From positions 93,232 to 157,231 of IMG/VR virus record IMGVR_UViG_3300037851_000865: 64,000 nt of DNA; one strand, 5' to 3'. Below, piece by piece: positions 18,972 to 28,805 of this stretch. Made by a program: the position numbers and the translations under genes. Under the pieces are notes generated by a model. The model was not told the origin of the DNA. It did no database searches and saw only the letters and a list, made by a program, of their open reading frames with translations. This DNA comes from a virus. Numbering within the stretch: the first letter of the stretch is position 1; every line of letters begins with the position of its first letter.

Positions 18972-19182
18972 TGCGACTGTTCAGGGATTCATTCAAAGTC
19001 GTCAGCAAATCCTCGACGAGCTGTTCGATTCCAAGAAGCCTGCAGCCAAGGCGGAGCAGGCCCTTGTTGGGGAGCAGTTCGAGCACGGGCGCACCGGCGA
19101 GTACGAGAGCAAGTCGCCTCTGCTCGAGAAGGGCGCTCGTGACCAAACCCTGTCGGAGCGTGTGTCTGGGTTGCTCGGCTGA
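18739..19182 (+). CDS. hypothetical protein, possibly virion-associated
   Basis: Own leaderless promoter (TAGAAT 18727-18732); FLLSKEAS motif. Confidence 0.7.
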   Translation: MNHNANERYQGVFEDFLLSKEASDKSSYTPGDEDESTVGVNSGQQPKPQGRGENTIDAPWGDNPAPESSSNKVVHHSDATVQGFIQSRQQILDELFDSKKPAAKAEQALVGEQFEHGRTGEYESKSPLLEKGARDQTLSERVSGLLG

Positions 19183-19209
19183 GCAATCCAGCACGCCCCT
19201 CCGGCATAA
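19183..19209 (+). promoter_or_regulatory. phage promoter GCAA-N16-GGCATAA upstream of the sigma factor
   Basis: Perfect motif 15 nt before the sigma ATG. Confidence 0.8.
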
Positions 19210-19224
19210 CCATACTGGAGGGAT

Positions 19225-20031
19225 ATGGCCGCCACAAAAGTAGCCAGAAAGAAAACCGTGGACCCACTCGACACAGCGCTCAGCAGCAAAGAAAAACTGT
19301 CAGCTCAACGACGGGCTGACGACCTGGTGCTGTGGCAGCAGTGGAAGCAAGACCCTACGCAGCAGAACATGCATGCGTTGATGACACGCTTCGAGCCTGT
19401 GTTTCGCCAGAAGACTCAGCAGTGGAAAGCGCCCAACGTCAACGAGGCAGCCTTCCATACCAGCCTGAAGGTACAGGCCGCAAAGGCCTTTCAGTCCTTT
19501 GACCCCAACAAGGCTGCGCTGCGTACACACCTCGAGAATAACTTGAAGCGCACCATGCGTTTCAACGCTCAGCAGCAGAACAATGCGTTCATTCCCGAGG
19601 GGCAGACACAATACATCGGAGCTCTCGACCGTGCGAAAGAGCACCTGTTCGAGCAATTTGGGAGAGAGCCCAGTCACCTGGAGATTGCGACTTACGTCAA
19701 CTCCGATGCAGACCTGCTGGGAAGCAAGAAGCCGATGAACGCTCGTTTGGTTGCTCGTATTGAGACCAACCGACGCAGCGACATCTTTGGTTCTACGCTC
19801 GAGTCTGACCCCACCGGTTCAGTCACAGACCGCAACCGTCAAATCCTTGGACTCATCCCGTTTGAGCTCAAAGAGGATGAGAAGCAGGTGTTCAACCATC
19901 TGTACGGAACAAACGGTGCGCGCAAGATTACAAGTACTACTGCTCTTGCGGCACAGCTGGGGAAGAGCTCCAGCCAGATATCACGCATCAAGAGCAGAAT
20001 CGCCGACGTGTACAAGAAACACCTCGGCTAA
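19225..20031 (+). CDS. RNA polymerase sigma factor, sigma-70 family (FliA/SigF-like group 3)
   Basis: Region 2 (KAFQSFDPNK), region 3 (FGREPSHLEIA), region 4 HTH (LAAQLGKSSSQISRIK). Confidence 0.85.
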   Translation: MAATKVARKKTVDPLDTALSSKEKLSAQRRADDLVLWQQWKQDPTQQNMHALMTRFEPVFRQKTQQWKAPNVNEAAFHTSLKVQAAKAFQSFDPNKAALRTHLENNLKRTMRFNAQQQNNAFIPEGQTQYIGALDRAKEHLFEQFGREPSHLEIATYVNSDADLLGSKKPMNARLVARIETNRRSDIFGSTLESDPTGSVTDRNRQILGLIPFELKEDEKQVFNHLYGTNGARKITSTTALAAQLGKSSSQISRIKSRIADVYKKHLG

Positions 20032-20093
20032 CTTAAAAAGTTTTAAGCAGCGAAGGGCGGCCAGTTGGTCACCCTTTTCTTTTTGGAGCAATC

Positions 20094-21260
20094 ATGAGCA
20101 ATCTCCCAATCGCAAAAGACAGTAACAAGAGCGCCCTCGCTAAGAAGCGCCTCGAGACGCAAGTACTTATCGGCGAGCGTCGTCAGGCCGCTATCGTTGA
20201 GCAGGTCTCTTCGATGGTCATCAAAGACGCCCTGATTCTGCCTCGTGAGATGAGCTTCTCCCACGAAGGCGGCCTCAAGGTGACGGCAAAGGGGCACGAG
20301 TTCACCGTGCACTCGCACGCACTCGGGCAGGTGGCAGGTGTGCTTGAGTACCCAAAGAGCTACCTGAGCAAGCTGCAGAACGGTGTGGTTGGTATCAGCC
20401 CCGGCGTCTGTCGCAAGAAGATGTGCGATGACCTGAACTGGCACGCACACAATGCAAAGCTCACGAACCGCAAGAAGCAGGACGCGAAATATCTGATGAG
20501 GTACGTCGGTACTGAGATTCGTGGATTTCTCAGTCAGTCGTTCAAGCGCCATCTGGCCAGCGCGCCCCTGATGCGGGCGTTCTTGCATTCCTGTATGAGC
20601 AATGGCTTGGTGCCTATCGACGGGCACGCTTCGCCTGTTCGAGTGAACCTGCAGTGTGTTCTGCCCTACGTGTTCGAGCCCTACGACGGTGAGTTCGTCT
20701 CTGTGGGCGTTTCCTGGTCGAACTCTGACTTCGGCGGCGGTCGAATGAAAGTCAGTATGTTCATGAAACGTGTGAACGGTGACTCTGCTGTGATTCTGGA
20801 CGATGCCATCAGCGAGGTGCATATCGGACCAGTCATTGAAGAGACTGATATTGAGATGTCTGCAGAGACCGTCGAAGCGGAACTCAAGGCACAGCGCAGC
20901 GCCATCGATGACGCAGTCTCGGGGCAGGTATCCGCAGACAACATTCAGAAGCTGCTCGACGTCATTCAGATGGCCCACGAGGAAGAAATTCCTTGGTACC
21001 GCCTGCGTAACGAGCTCGGTAGCATTCTGCAGCGCAAAGAGCTTGAGCACATGCGAGAGCTTCTGAACGGCACCGCCGAAACAGGGCTGGAAGAACTGCC
21101 ACCCATCCACTACGACGCGGAAGGGGACCCAGTTGCCACACGTTGGTGGTCCAGCGCCGTCCTCGGGCAGATTGCCGACAAGGAAGACAACGTGGAGCGT
21201 AAGAAAGAGCTTCAGGAACTCGCTGGTCAGATTCTCGGGAAGACCAAGAAGGCAGCATGA
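20094..21260 (+). CDS. DUF932-like protein
   Basis: HALGQVA..YP..YL, IRGFLS..F and GVSWSNSDFGGG motifs. Confidence 0.55.
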   Translation: MSNLPIAKDSNKSALAKKRLETQVLIGERRQAAIVEQVSSMVIKDALILPREMSFSHEGGLKVTAKGHEFTVHSHALGQVAGVLEYPKSYLSKLQNGVVGISPGVCRKKMCDDLNWHAHNAKLTNRKKQDAKYLMRYVGTEIRGFLSQSFKRHLASAPLMRAFLHSCMSNGLVPIDGHASPVRVNLQCVLPYVFEPYDGEFVSVGVSWSNSDFGGGRMKVSMFMKRVNGDSAVILDDAISEVHIGPVIEETDIEMSAETVEAELKAQRSAIDDAVSGQVSADNIQKLLDVIQMAHEEEIPWYRLRNELGSILQRKELEHMRELLNGTAETGLEELPPIHYDAEGDPVATRWWSSAVLGQIADKEDNVERKKELQELAGQILGKTKKAA

Positions 21261-21499
21261 GCGACACACCGTCACCAGTTGTTGTCATTCCTCTTCTGAC
21301 AGAGGAGTGGAAACAAGACCCAGAAGCTACTGCCAAGAAGTTCCGGCAGTTCATCGAGTACCACAAGTACTTGAACAACAAGATGGTCGTGTGCCTTTAC
21401 CGAAGTGCTTTGGTGCAGCTAATGAGAGGCCAGGGCACTGAGTGTCTGCATGGGTTTAACATGACGGACGAGCAGCTTGAGAAGGCTTGCGGAGTTTGA
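21257..21499 (+). CDS. hypothetical protein
   Basis: ATGA coupling; followed by a terminator. Confidence 0.65.
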   Translation: MSDTPSPVVVIPLLTEEWKQDPEATAKKFRQFIEYHKYLNNKMVVCLYRSALVQLMRGQGTECLHGFNMTDEQLEKACGV

Positions 21500-21501
21500 T
21501 T

Positions 21502-21530
21502 GAAACGCGCCTACGGGCGCGTTTCTTAGC
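21502..21530 (+). terminator. intrinsic terminator ending TTTCTTAGC
   Basis: GAAACGCGCC-TACG-GGCGCGTTTC hairpin plus U-rich tail. Confidence 0.75.
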
Positions 21531-21545
21531 TAAGGAAAGAACAGA

Positions 21546-22457
21546 ATGTATTCATCAAAGATTCTTGCAGACAGTGTCAGCCCTGACGGTGTTCGACTCA
21601 CCACTATGGAGGTGTGCTTTCCTCGCATCGTACTAGCTGAGTTCAATACGCATCGGATGTTCTCACGTAACTCTGCCAGCTCTCGAGCCATTCCGGTAGA
21701 AAAGATGCTCAAGCTGGCGCAAGAGCATCCTTACATCCCTGAGGAGTTTGGCTCCAACCAGAAGGGTATGCAGGCCGGTGATGCCTTGACGGGATACCGC
21801 GCCCTTCACGCCCGCGGAGAGTGGCTTCAGGCCAGAGACAATGCTGTCTACCAGGCCAGCAAGCTCCTCGAGCTAGGGGTGCACAAGCAGCTCACCAATC
21901 GTCTCCTCGAACCTTTCATGTGGCACACAGTCATTGTGTCAGCCACAGATTGGTCGAACTTCTTTCACCTGCGCACCCACGAGGCAGCTCACCCAGCTAT
22001 TCGTGAGATAGCGCTGATGATGGAGGAAGATTACAACAACTTCACACCGAAGCGTCTCGACTACGGCGAGTGGCACCTGCCTCTTGTAGATGACGAAGAC
22101 CTCGAGGCATTCAGCGACCACGACCCTGCTGCCCTTCCTTCGAGGGAGCGCATGCTCTGTTCCGCCGGTCGTTGTGCTCGAGTTTCGTACTTGACGCATG
22201 ATGGGCGCCGAGATGTCACGGCTGACATCGCCTTGGCGGTTCGCCTACTCGAGTCCGGGCACATGAGCCCGTTTGAGCATGTTGCTCGCCCGATGACTGA
22301 GGAGGAGATTGAACAGCTATCTAACGCTTGTGCGCCTCAGGGGTACAACGGTTTGAAGCCATACACAGGTATCCCCTTCTCTGGAAACTTCTGCGGGTGG
22401 GTACAGTACCGCAAGACAATCGAACATGAGGACGACATGCTAGGAGCACGCGAGTAA
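21546..22457 (+). CDS. thyX: flavin-dependent thymidylate synthase
   Basis: AEFNTHRMFSRNSASSRAIP, NRLLEPF, NFFHLR, GHMSPFEH. Confidence 0.92.
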   Translation: MYSSKILADSVSPDGVRLTTMEVCFPRIVLAEFNTHRMFSRNSASSRAIPVEKMLKLAQEHPYIPEEFGSNQKGMQAGDALTGYRALHARGEWLQARDNAVYQASKLLELGVHKQLTNRLLEPFMWHTVIVSATDWSNFFHLRTHEAAHPAIREIALMMEEDYNNFTPKRLDYGEWHLPLVDDEDLEAFSDHDPAALPSRERMLCSAGRCARVSYLTHDGRRDVTADIALAVRLLESGHMSPFEHVARPMTEEEIEQLSNACAPQGYNGLKPYTGIPFSGNFCGWVQYRKTIEHEDDMLGARE

Positions 22458-22726
22458 TGCACGTTGACGAATTCATTGACGACCACAAAACCGACAACTA
22501 CGCTAGCTGGTTCTTCGCACTGCATCGCTACCCAGCGATGCTACAGATGAAGTTCGGTGAGTACATCGCAAAGTATCAGCTGTACTGCGACTACAAAGAG
22601 TCACGCTATCGAGTAGTCGGCTGCTCACGTATGGGCGACGTCTGGCTGACGAAAGACTTCACCAGCACACAGTACCAAGAACGTGTGGATGTTGCGGACT
22701 GCAGCGCATGGTCACCGAAGCCGTGA
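22457..22726 (+). CDS. hypothetical protein
   Basis: TAATG coupling. Confidence 0.65.
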   Translation: MHVDEFIDDHKTDNYASWFFALHRYPAMLQMKFGEYIAKYQLYCDYKESRYRVVGCSRMGDVWLTKDFTSTQYQERVDVADCSAWSPKP

Positions 22727-22989
22727 CGGAGAAGCCTTGGTGTGTTTACTTGCTGCAGAGCTTCAGTTACGGCACGTACTACATCGGGATAACCAACAAC
22801 ATCAAACACCGCTTGTCCATGCACAACGCGGGGAATGCCAGCAGCCACACCAGAGGTCGTCGCCCCTGGAAGCTGGTCTCAACAATCAGCTGCCAAAGTA
22901 AAAGTGAGGCCTTGAAACTTGAGGCAAAGCTGAAGAAACTACCAAAGAGTCAGAAGGAGAGCGCATTCGCTTCATACCCTCGAACCTGA
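22723..22989 (+). CDS. GIY-YIG nuclease (UPF0213-like)
   Basis: WCVYLL..YYIGIT..RL..HNAG..TRGRRPW..EALKLE. Confidence 0.88.
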   Translation: MTEKPWCVYLLQSFSYGTYYIGITNNIKHRLSMHNAGNASSHTRGRRPWKLVSTISCQSKSEALKLEAKLKKLPKSQKESAFASYPRT

Positions 22990-23084
22990 AGAACCCTTGT
23001 CCCGTCTGCTACAAACGACCTGTCGTTTACAGAGGCGCGACAACGTGTTCCTATGAGTGCTGGGTGTACCTCAAAGGAAAAGAC

Positions 23085-23330
23085 ATGGGAGAACAAATGC
23101 AAATGCAGTACGACCGTGACCTCTACCAGCAGCCGCCGGTACAGGAAGTAGCGTCGGCGAAGAAACCAAGGATGTCCTTGAAGGCAAAGAAGCAGGCCTT
23201 CGCAGATTTGTCGTCTTTGATTACTTACAGGACGATGCACGATGAGAACTACGAGATGTCGGACGGCCTTGGTCGTCTGATGGAGTCTCTCGGTCTCGAC
23301 ATCAAGACATCAGAGGGCAAGAAGGAATGA
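23085..23330 (+). CDS. hypothetical protein
   Basis: AAGGA RBS. Confidence 0.6.
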   Translation: MGEQMQMQYDRDLYQQPPVQEVASAKKPRMSLKAKKQAFADLSSLITYRTMHDENYEMSDGLGRLMESLGLDIKTSEGKKE

Positions 23331-23959
23331 TTCGAAAGTCTGCGGAGCAAATACTCGCTCTGCAGCGCATTGCGGAGTCTCCTTCGGCACACATCATAGG
23401 AGTAGACGAGGTTGGGCTTGGCTGTCTCGCGGGCCCAATCACCGTCGCCGCCGCTGTGTTCGAGAAGGGCTGGAGCCACAAGAAGGTCAAAGACTCCAAA
23501 GCGCTCAGCCCGAAAGGGCGGCAGCGAGCTGACAAGATAGTGAGGGAGCAGGCACTTTCGTACTGCATCTTCTCAGCAACCAACGATGAGATAGACAAGT
23601 TCGGTCTGCACACAATGAAAGACCGCCTCACGGAACAAGTTGTGCTCCAAATGCTGCACTACTTTCCTCAGGCCCTCATCGTTCAGGACGGAAACGTCCC
23701 GACTGTGATTGGTGGAAGACCGCAGAACATGGTCTGGCTGCCCAAGGCGGACGCCCTCGTTCCCGCAGTATCAGCGGCCAGTTGCTTGGCCAAAGTGTAC
23801 CGAGACACCTTCATGTGTTCGATGTCCTATGAGTACCCAGGCTACGGCTTCGGAAGTAACATGGGGTATGGGACCGACCAGCACGTCCAAGCGCTTCGGT
23901 CTCTCGGCGCGTGCTACCTTCACCGCAAGAGCTTCAAGCCGGTACAGGCTGTGCTCTGA
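23327..23959 (+). CDS. rnhB: ribonuclease HII
   Basis: GVDEVGLGCLAGP, KDSKAL, KAD..VSAAS.LAKV.RD, GYGT..H, HRKSF. Confidence 0.92.
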   Translation: MIRKSAEQILALQRIAESPSAHIIGVDEVGLGCLAGPITVAAAVFEKGWSHKKVKDSKALSPKGRQRADKIVREQALSYCIFSATNDEIDKFGLHTMKDRLTEQVVLQMLHYFPQALIVQDGNVPTVIGGRPQNMVWLPKADALVPAVSAASCLAKVYRDTFMCSMSYEYPGYGFGSNMGYGTDQHVQALRSLGACYLHRKSFKPVQAVL

Positions 23960-23971
23960 TAGGATGCAAAC

Positions 23972-24190
23972 ATGGCCAGCAAAGAAGAACGAGACGCACG
24001 TCTGGACAAACTTGAACAGGCCGTGGATGCTTGGGCGGACAAGAGGAAGAAGCGTCTCACCAAAGAGTCCGCTCTTCTGAAGAAGATACTCAAAGGGCGT
24101 ACTGGTTCGGAGCGTCTCAACAACGCTTCCGTACAAGCCGCCTCTGAGCTACAGGTGGATGAAATCAGTCAGTTCCTGACAGGAGAATGA
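23972..24190 (+). CDS. hypothetical protein (leaderless)
   Basis: TGATAGGAT-N6-ATG. Confidence 0.7.
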   Translation: MASKEERDARLDKLEQAVDAWADKRKKRLTKESALLKKILKGRTGSERLNNASVQAASELQVDEISQFLTGE

Positions 24191-24516
24191 ACATGAGTGA
24201 AGAAGCAGTCGCAGTACAAGAAGTATTCACGGAAGTACCGGTCGAAGAAGCGCCGGCAAAGCCCGCACCCACTGTTATCCAGGACCTAGACCGCATGCAG
24301 CTCATCAATCTTGAGCTTCAAGTGAGCTCGTTTGCCGACAAAAAGCAGGTGCTTCAGGCAAAGATGGAGGCACTCATCGCTCAGGAGCGGCTTGCCATGG
24401 GTGAGAGAAATCAGCTCCTTGCTGCTTTGGCTATGAAGTACAGGTTTGACCCCAACGCCTGTGTAATGGACCCGCAGACTGGTCTGGTGACTCCTCGCCA
24501 ACCTCACCAGGGATAA
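24187..24516 (+). CDS. coiled-coil hypothetical protein
   Basis: AGGAG RBS; coupling. Confidence 0.7.
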   Translation: MNMSEEAVAVQEVFTEVPVEEAPAKPAPTVIQDLDRMQLINLELQVSSFADKKQVLQAKMEALIAQERLAMGERNQLLAALAMKYRFDPNACVMDPQTGLVTPRQPHQG

Positions 24517-24534
24517 GTCGGATAGAATACCCCC

Positions 24535-25566
24535 ATGAGCGTAGATATCTCGAAGACAGTTACAGATGGCGGCACTGTTCAGTTGGTGCAGGTGAACGTT
24601 TGCCTGCAGGACACCGACTGGCAAGGTAACTTCGACCGTATCGAGATAGAGCGCTCACGGGGGCTTTCAACTGGTCCCTTTGAGCCCTTGACCGCGGATG
24701 TGTGGACTAACGCCCGCATCCCCGCCGATGGGGGCGCCCCCGCCACCGGTCCTGTGACCGGCCCCACCCTAGCTATCGTAGGCGAAACGCTCGAACTCCT
24801 CCTCGGAGAGGAGTACGCTTACACTGTAACGTTCACGGACCCAGGCCCCGGCACCCTGACCGTGCAGCAGGCGGCGGCCCAGATTCAGTTCCAGGTACCT
24901 CTCCTGCAAGCTTGGGTGGACGATAACGCCCGTTTGGTGCTCCAGACCGTCATGGCGGGCACCGGTGCAGCCTTGCGGGTAGTTGGGGGAGATGCCGCCC
25001 CGGCGCTGCTGCTACCCACCACGGAGCCAGACAGTGTGTCTTTCGGCAAGGATGCTCGGCTGGCTCTCGTCCTCGGCAAGGAGCGGTACTGCTTCCGGGA
25101 CCTCCAGGGCTCGGACGGGTACTTCTATCGCATGCGGTTCTTCGATACGGCTACCGGGGCCACGAGCTCGTACGGGGCTCCTGCGCCGGTTCCTCGAGCC
25201 AACGGGCTGGGGTGCGAGGATGTGGTCGAAGGGCGTGTCCGTCTGGTTGCCCTGAACGGCAGGCCTCTTTGTGGGGTGCAGGTTCGGGTGTTCAATCGTG
25301 CGGGCCTCTTCGAAAAGTCCGGGGCTCTGGTCTCGGGGAATCAGCTCACCGCGCTGACCGATGCCTCCGGCGTCGCTTCTTTTAGCCTTGTACGAGGCAT
25401 GACCGTCGAAGTAGCCATCGATGGGACGTCACTTGTGCGGCAAATCACCGTGCCCGAGGACCCTGCTGAGGGCGTCTTCAATCTGCTCGACCCAGCTATC
25501 GGCCCTGATGACTACTTCCGTGTCAAACACCCCGACATCCAATACGCCTACAAGCGAACCCTCTGA
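24535..25566 (+). CDS. beta-sandwich putative virion protein
   Basis: GRPLCGVQVRVF...LTDASGVASFSL (prealbumin-like pattern); leaderless promoter. Confidence 0.55.
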   Translation: MSVDISKTVTDGGTVQLVQVNVCLQDTDWQGNFDRIEIERSRGLSTGPFEPLTADVWTNARIPADGGAPATGPVTGPTLAIVGETLELLLGEEYAYTVTFTDPGPGTLTVQQAAAQIQFQVPLLQAWVDDNARLVLQTVMAGTGAALRVVGGDAAPALLLPTTEPDSVSFGKDARLALVLGKERYCFRDLQGSDGYFYRMRFFDTATGATSSYGAPAPVPRANGLGCEDVVEGRVRLVALNGRPLCGVQVRVFNRAGLFEKSGALVSGNQLTALTDASGVASFSLVRGMTVEVAIDGTSLVRQITVPEDPAEGVFNLLDPAIGPDDYFRVKHPDIQYAYKRTL

Positions 25567-25832
25567 CCTGGTCACGTTTGTGTTCACCCCGCGGGGTCGC
25601 GAGGGGGCAAACGTTTGCCACCTGAAGCACTGCGGAGCACGGATTGGCCAGTACCTGAAGAGCGGAGCTCTTCGTCCTCATGGACTGCTTACCCGGGCCC
25701 ATCGAGGCAAGGTGTACAACAAGCACGGCACGCGAGTGAAGCTCACTTACATCCCTTTTCCAGGTGACGTTATTCTGCTTGAGTGGTAAATGCTTGCGCC
25801 ATGTCGCTCCCTGAGCGATACAGGGAGGCAAG

Positions 25833-26717
25833 ATGGCATACGAGCAGGTGGATATCTTTGTCGAGAGCTCGACGCTGAACGAGCCCGTTGAGGGTGTGAC
25901 GGTACGCATCTACGACAAGGAAGGGGCGGTTCTATTTTCGGAAGCGACCACAGATGCGGCTGGGCGAGCTGGATTCATGTTGGCTCCACAGGAGTACACC
26001 ATGCGTTTCTTTAAGTTCGCAGTGTCCTTCAAGCAGCCCCAACACTTCACAGTGGAGTCAGACCCCTACACTCCCGGAACCACCCTCAACCAGTTCACCG
26101 TCAAAGCGGGCATCCTCGACAAGCCCCTAGCCGTTGACCCCCGACTATGCCGCGCAAGCGGCTTTTTTCGTACCGCGACAGGGCATCCTCGGCAGTACCT
26201 CGACATCCACTTCATCGCTGAGTTTCGTCCAGTCATCCTTGACGGCACCCTCGTCATGGACGAGAGGCGCACAATCAAAACCACCAAGGAAGGCTACGGT
26301 TGTATCGACCTCATTCGAGGTGCTTGTTACGCCGTGACCCTTGAAGACTTCGAAGACGACAACTTCTACATCCACGTGCCCGACGCTCCGTGCGTCAACC
26401 TTCCTGACCTGCTGTTCCCGACCATTAGTAAAATCACGCTAGCCCCGGTCGTCGTGAACGTAGGACAAGAAGTCACAGTCTTTCCTGAGGTACTAAACTC
26501 GGCAGGCGTGCCCATCAAGGGCACCGCTATGCAGGACCTTCAGTGGACGCTCGATGGTACAACTGTCGCGTCGCTGTCTGTCACGAGTGAGAGCCTGCTC
26601 ATCACAGGTAAGGTTGCAGGCACGACCACTCTGACTGCAACACTGAAGAACACAGGCGTCACCAAGATTCCAAACACAGGCATTGAGGGGTTGCCTGTGT
26701 TGGTGACTGTGGGCTGA
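25833..26717 (+). CDS. putative virion protein with prealbumin-like and Ig-like domains
   Basis: PVEGVTVRIY..TTDAAGRA; C-terminal ITGKVAGTTTLTAT. Confidence 0.6.
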   Translation: MAYEQVDIFVESSTLNEPVEGVTVRIYDKEGAVLFSEATTDAAGRAGFMLAPQEYTMRFFKFAVSFKQPQHFTVESDPYTPGTTLNQFTVKAGILDKPLAVDPRLCRASGFFRTATGHPRQYLDIHFIAEFRPVILDGTLVMDERRTIKTTKEGYGCIDLIRGACYAVTLEDFEDDNFYIHVPDAPCVNLPDLLFPTISKITLAPVVVNVGQEVTVFPEVLNSAGVPIKGTAMQDLQWTLDGTTVASLSVTSESLLITGKVAGTTTLTATLKNTGVTKIPNTGIEGLPVLVTVG

Positions 26718-27379
26718 TGCAAACGGAGGGGGCTATGCAGGTAGCGCACTTGTTGAGTGTAGTCCTGTCTATTCAGACACAAGCGGCGTCATGTGGCGCA
26801 CCTGTTCAAGAGTACGTAACCAAAACACAACAGGCTCTGTGTGCGCAGCTAGAGCTAATAGCGCATGAGGTAGTGCCTGTTGTTGTCGACGAATTGGATG
26901 AACCTGAGAAGCGACCGCGTAGCGCTTTTGACCCTGACGCCCACGACGAAATTATGGCTGCTTCTCGATGCCGAGCTCTGCTGCTCGAGGTCATCAGAAG
27001 GGCAGCACACGACTGGGTGCTTTACCGGAACACACGCAAGCCCGAGAGAGCCTTTGCCCGCTCAGCGTACATCTGGTTGTTCCAAGAAGAGCCCGGCCAC
27101 CCTGATTGGGAGCTGCGGAAGAAGGAAGGCGAGCCTCTCATGGCCTTCCTCACCATCTGCGAGTGCTTGGACCTCGACCCAGAGGTTGTTCGGCGGCGAG
27201 TACGCCAGATGAACGTCAAAGACATCATGGCTGCGGGACGGCCCGCCGAGACGCGTAAGGTCAAGCACGAGGGCATCGAAGATTACAGCACACCGAGCAA
27301 CGTCGAGGTCGAGCTCATCTCCCTCGAAAGTATGGACGGCTCCTTGTACGAGAGCCACTTTGCCCTTCAGGCTTGTTGA
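26717..27379 (+). CDS. hypothetical protein
   Basis: 220 aa; FLTICECLDLDP motif seen in phage DNA-binding proteins. Confidence 0.65.
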   Translation: MQTEGAMQVAHLLSVVLSIQTQAASCGAPVQEYVTKTQQALCAQLELIAHEVVPVVVDELDEPEKRPRSAFDPDAHDEIMAASRCRALLLEVIRRAAHDWVLYRNTRKPERAFARSAYIWLFQEEPGHPDWELRKKEGEPLMAFLTICECLDLDPEVVRRRVRQMNVKDIMAAGRPAETRKVKHEGIEDYSTPSNVEVELISLESMDGSLYESHFALQAC

Positions 27380-27406
27380 GCAAAAGCCATTTCTTCTAGG
27401 TGATAA
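27380..27406 (+). promoter_or_regulatory. phage promoter GCAA-N16-GTGATAA
   Basis: Motif upstream of 27425. Confidence 0.7.
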
Positions 27407-27424
27407 AAAGCCTGGAAGGAAAGC

Positions 27425-27911
27425 ATGGCTAATTACTACACGCATATCACGTTTACTGTTCCGCTGGAGAACGAGGAACAGTTCATGTTTCTCCACGACC
27501 TCGTTGAGTTGGCGACAACGCTCGCAGACTGGGACGAGTACAAGCAATCACAGGTCCTGGCTCAGTCCCCTGAATATCAGTACTTCGTAGACAGTCCTGC
27601 AGGCGACATCTACGTCGAGAAACAGAAGGATGCAGACGGCGCGTCGTACGCTTGGTTGTACTGCGAAGAGGCGTCTGACCCTTGGACCTTTGGTCTTATT
27701 TGTCAGGCCTTCCTGTCGAAGTTCAAACCAGATGGAGCTATTGCTTTTTTCATGGGCAGACACGTGCGACAAACCCCGAACAGACACACCACAAGGCGGC
27801 GCCATCTTCGTCACCGCAACAGAGATGCACGTCGAGAACACCTATGATATTCGTAGGCGTTTCATGGAAAAAACAGGCATCAAGGCAATCAACACATCGG
27901 AAGGGTTCTAA
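27425..27911 (+). pseudogene. hypothetical gene split by a +1 frameshift at a T6 run
   Basis: Removing one T at 27745-27750 fuses MANYYTH..GAIAF to SWADTCDKPR..GGA, ending exactly at the next start. Confidence 0.6.
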
Positions 27912-28477
27912 TGGACAAAGAATACAAGTGTGAGGCAGTCTCTACTACAGTCCCCCTTGAGACGATTGCGTCTGAGCTGGAGAAGAAGCTGAACTCTTTC
28001 CACGAACAAGGCTACTACATTCACGCCGTGGACCGCGTAGAGAGCAAAGGCTTCATCATCACAGGCCGTAAGCAAGATGTGGCAGAGGAACAGCCTGTTA
28101 AGAGTTCTTTTGGTCTCGGGGCTCCGCGGGTGATTCAGACTTCCCTGGCCGCGCTACTCAGTACGCTCGCAGGTAGCGAGTCGATTCCAGGAGTATCCGA
28201 AGTCCCTCCGCGTGTGCGTGCAGCGTTGAGCATGCATGGCGCCAGCATTCAGGAAAACGGGGCAGATACCGATGAGGCTTTGCGGGCTTGTATCCGTGAG
28301 GTGTACGGGGCTGCTGTAGGCATTGAGCTCGGGGAGGACCGCAAGGCTACCCTGCATGCGATGGAAGTGCACGCCGAGTGCTGCACCCACAAGGGCGAAG
28401 AGGGTTGCGGTATGATGCGCGACCTGCGAAGGGTGAGTGCTCAGATGGAGGTCCTCATCAAGGACAAGCTCCAATGA
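27911..28477 (+). CDS. hypothetical protein
   Basis: TAATG coupling. Confidence 0.7.
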   Translation: MDKEYKCEAVSTTVPLETIASELEKKLNSFHEQGYYIHAVDRVESKGFIITGRKQDVAEEQPVKSSFGLGAPRVIQTSLAALLSTLAGSESIPGVSEVPPRVRAALSMHGASIQENGADTDEALRACIREVYGAAVGIELGEDRKATLHAMEVHAECCTHKGEEGCGMMRDLRRVSAQMEVLIKDKLQ

Positions 28478-28797
28478 GTGACGACGACAACGTGCTCGAC
28501 ATGCGAATGCGTCGAGCACAACAGCTCAAGAACACGTCATCTGAAGACCCGGTCTTTCAGGCGGCGGACGCCATCACGTATCTGTACGCAGAGCTTGCCA
28601 CCAAGCTTTCAGCCAAGGACCTCTACACGGCTATCGAGGTAGCTAGGAAGAGCATCAACGCAATGCTGATTGTAGCTGTTGGTGATGGGCACGCAGCAGA
28701 AATTAAGGAACAGGCCGATGAGGCCGCCAAACGCTATGTCGTTGAAGTGCCCAGGCACTACAAGGGCCCGACAGTTTTCGACAAGGACAAGGAATAA
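28474..28797 (+). CDS. hypothetical protein
   Basis: ATGA coupling. Confidence 0.7.
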   Translation: MSDDDNVLDMRMRRAQQLKNTSSEDPVFQAADAITYLYAELATKLSAKDLYTAIEVARKSINAMLIVAVGDGHAAEIKEQADEAAKRYVVEVPRHYKGPTVFDKDKE

Positions 28798-28805
28798 AAG
28801 ACCCG

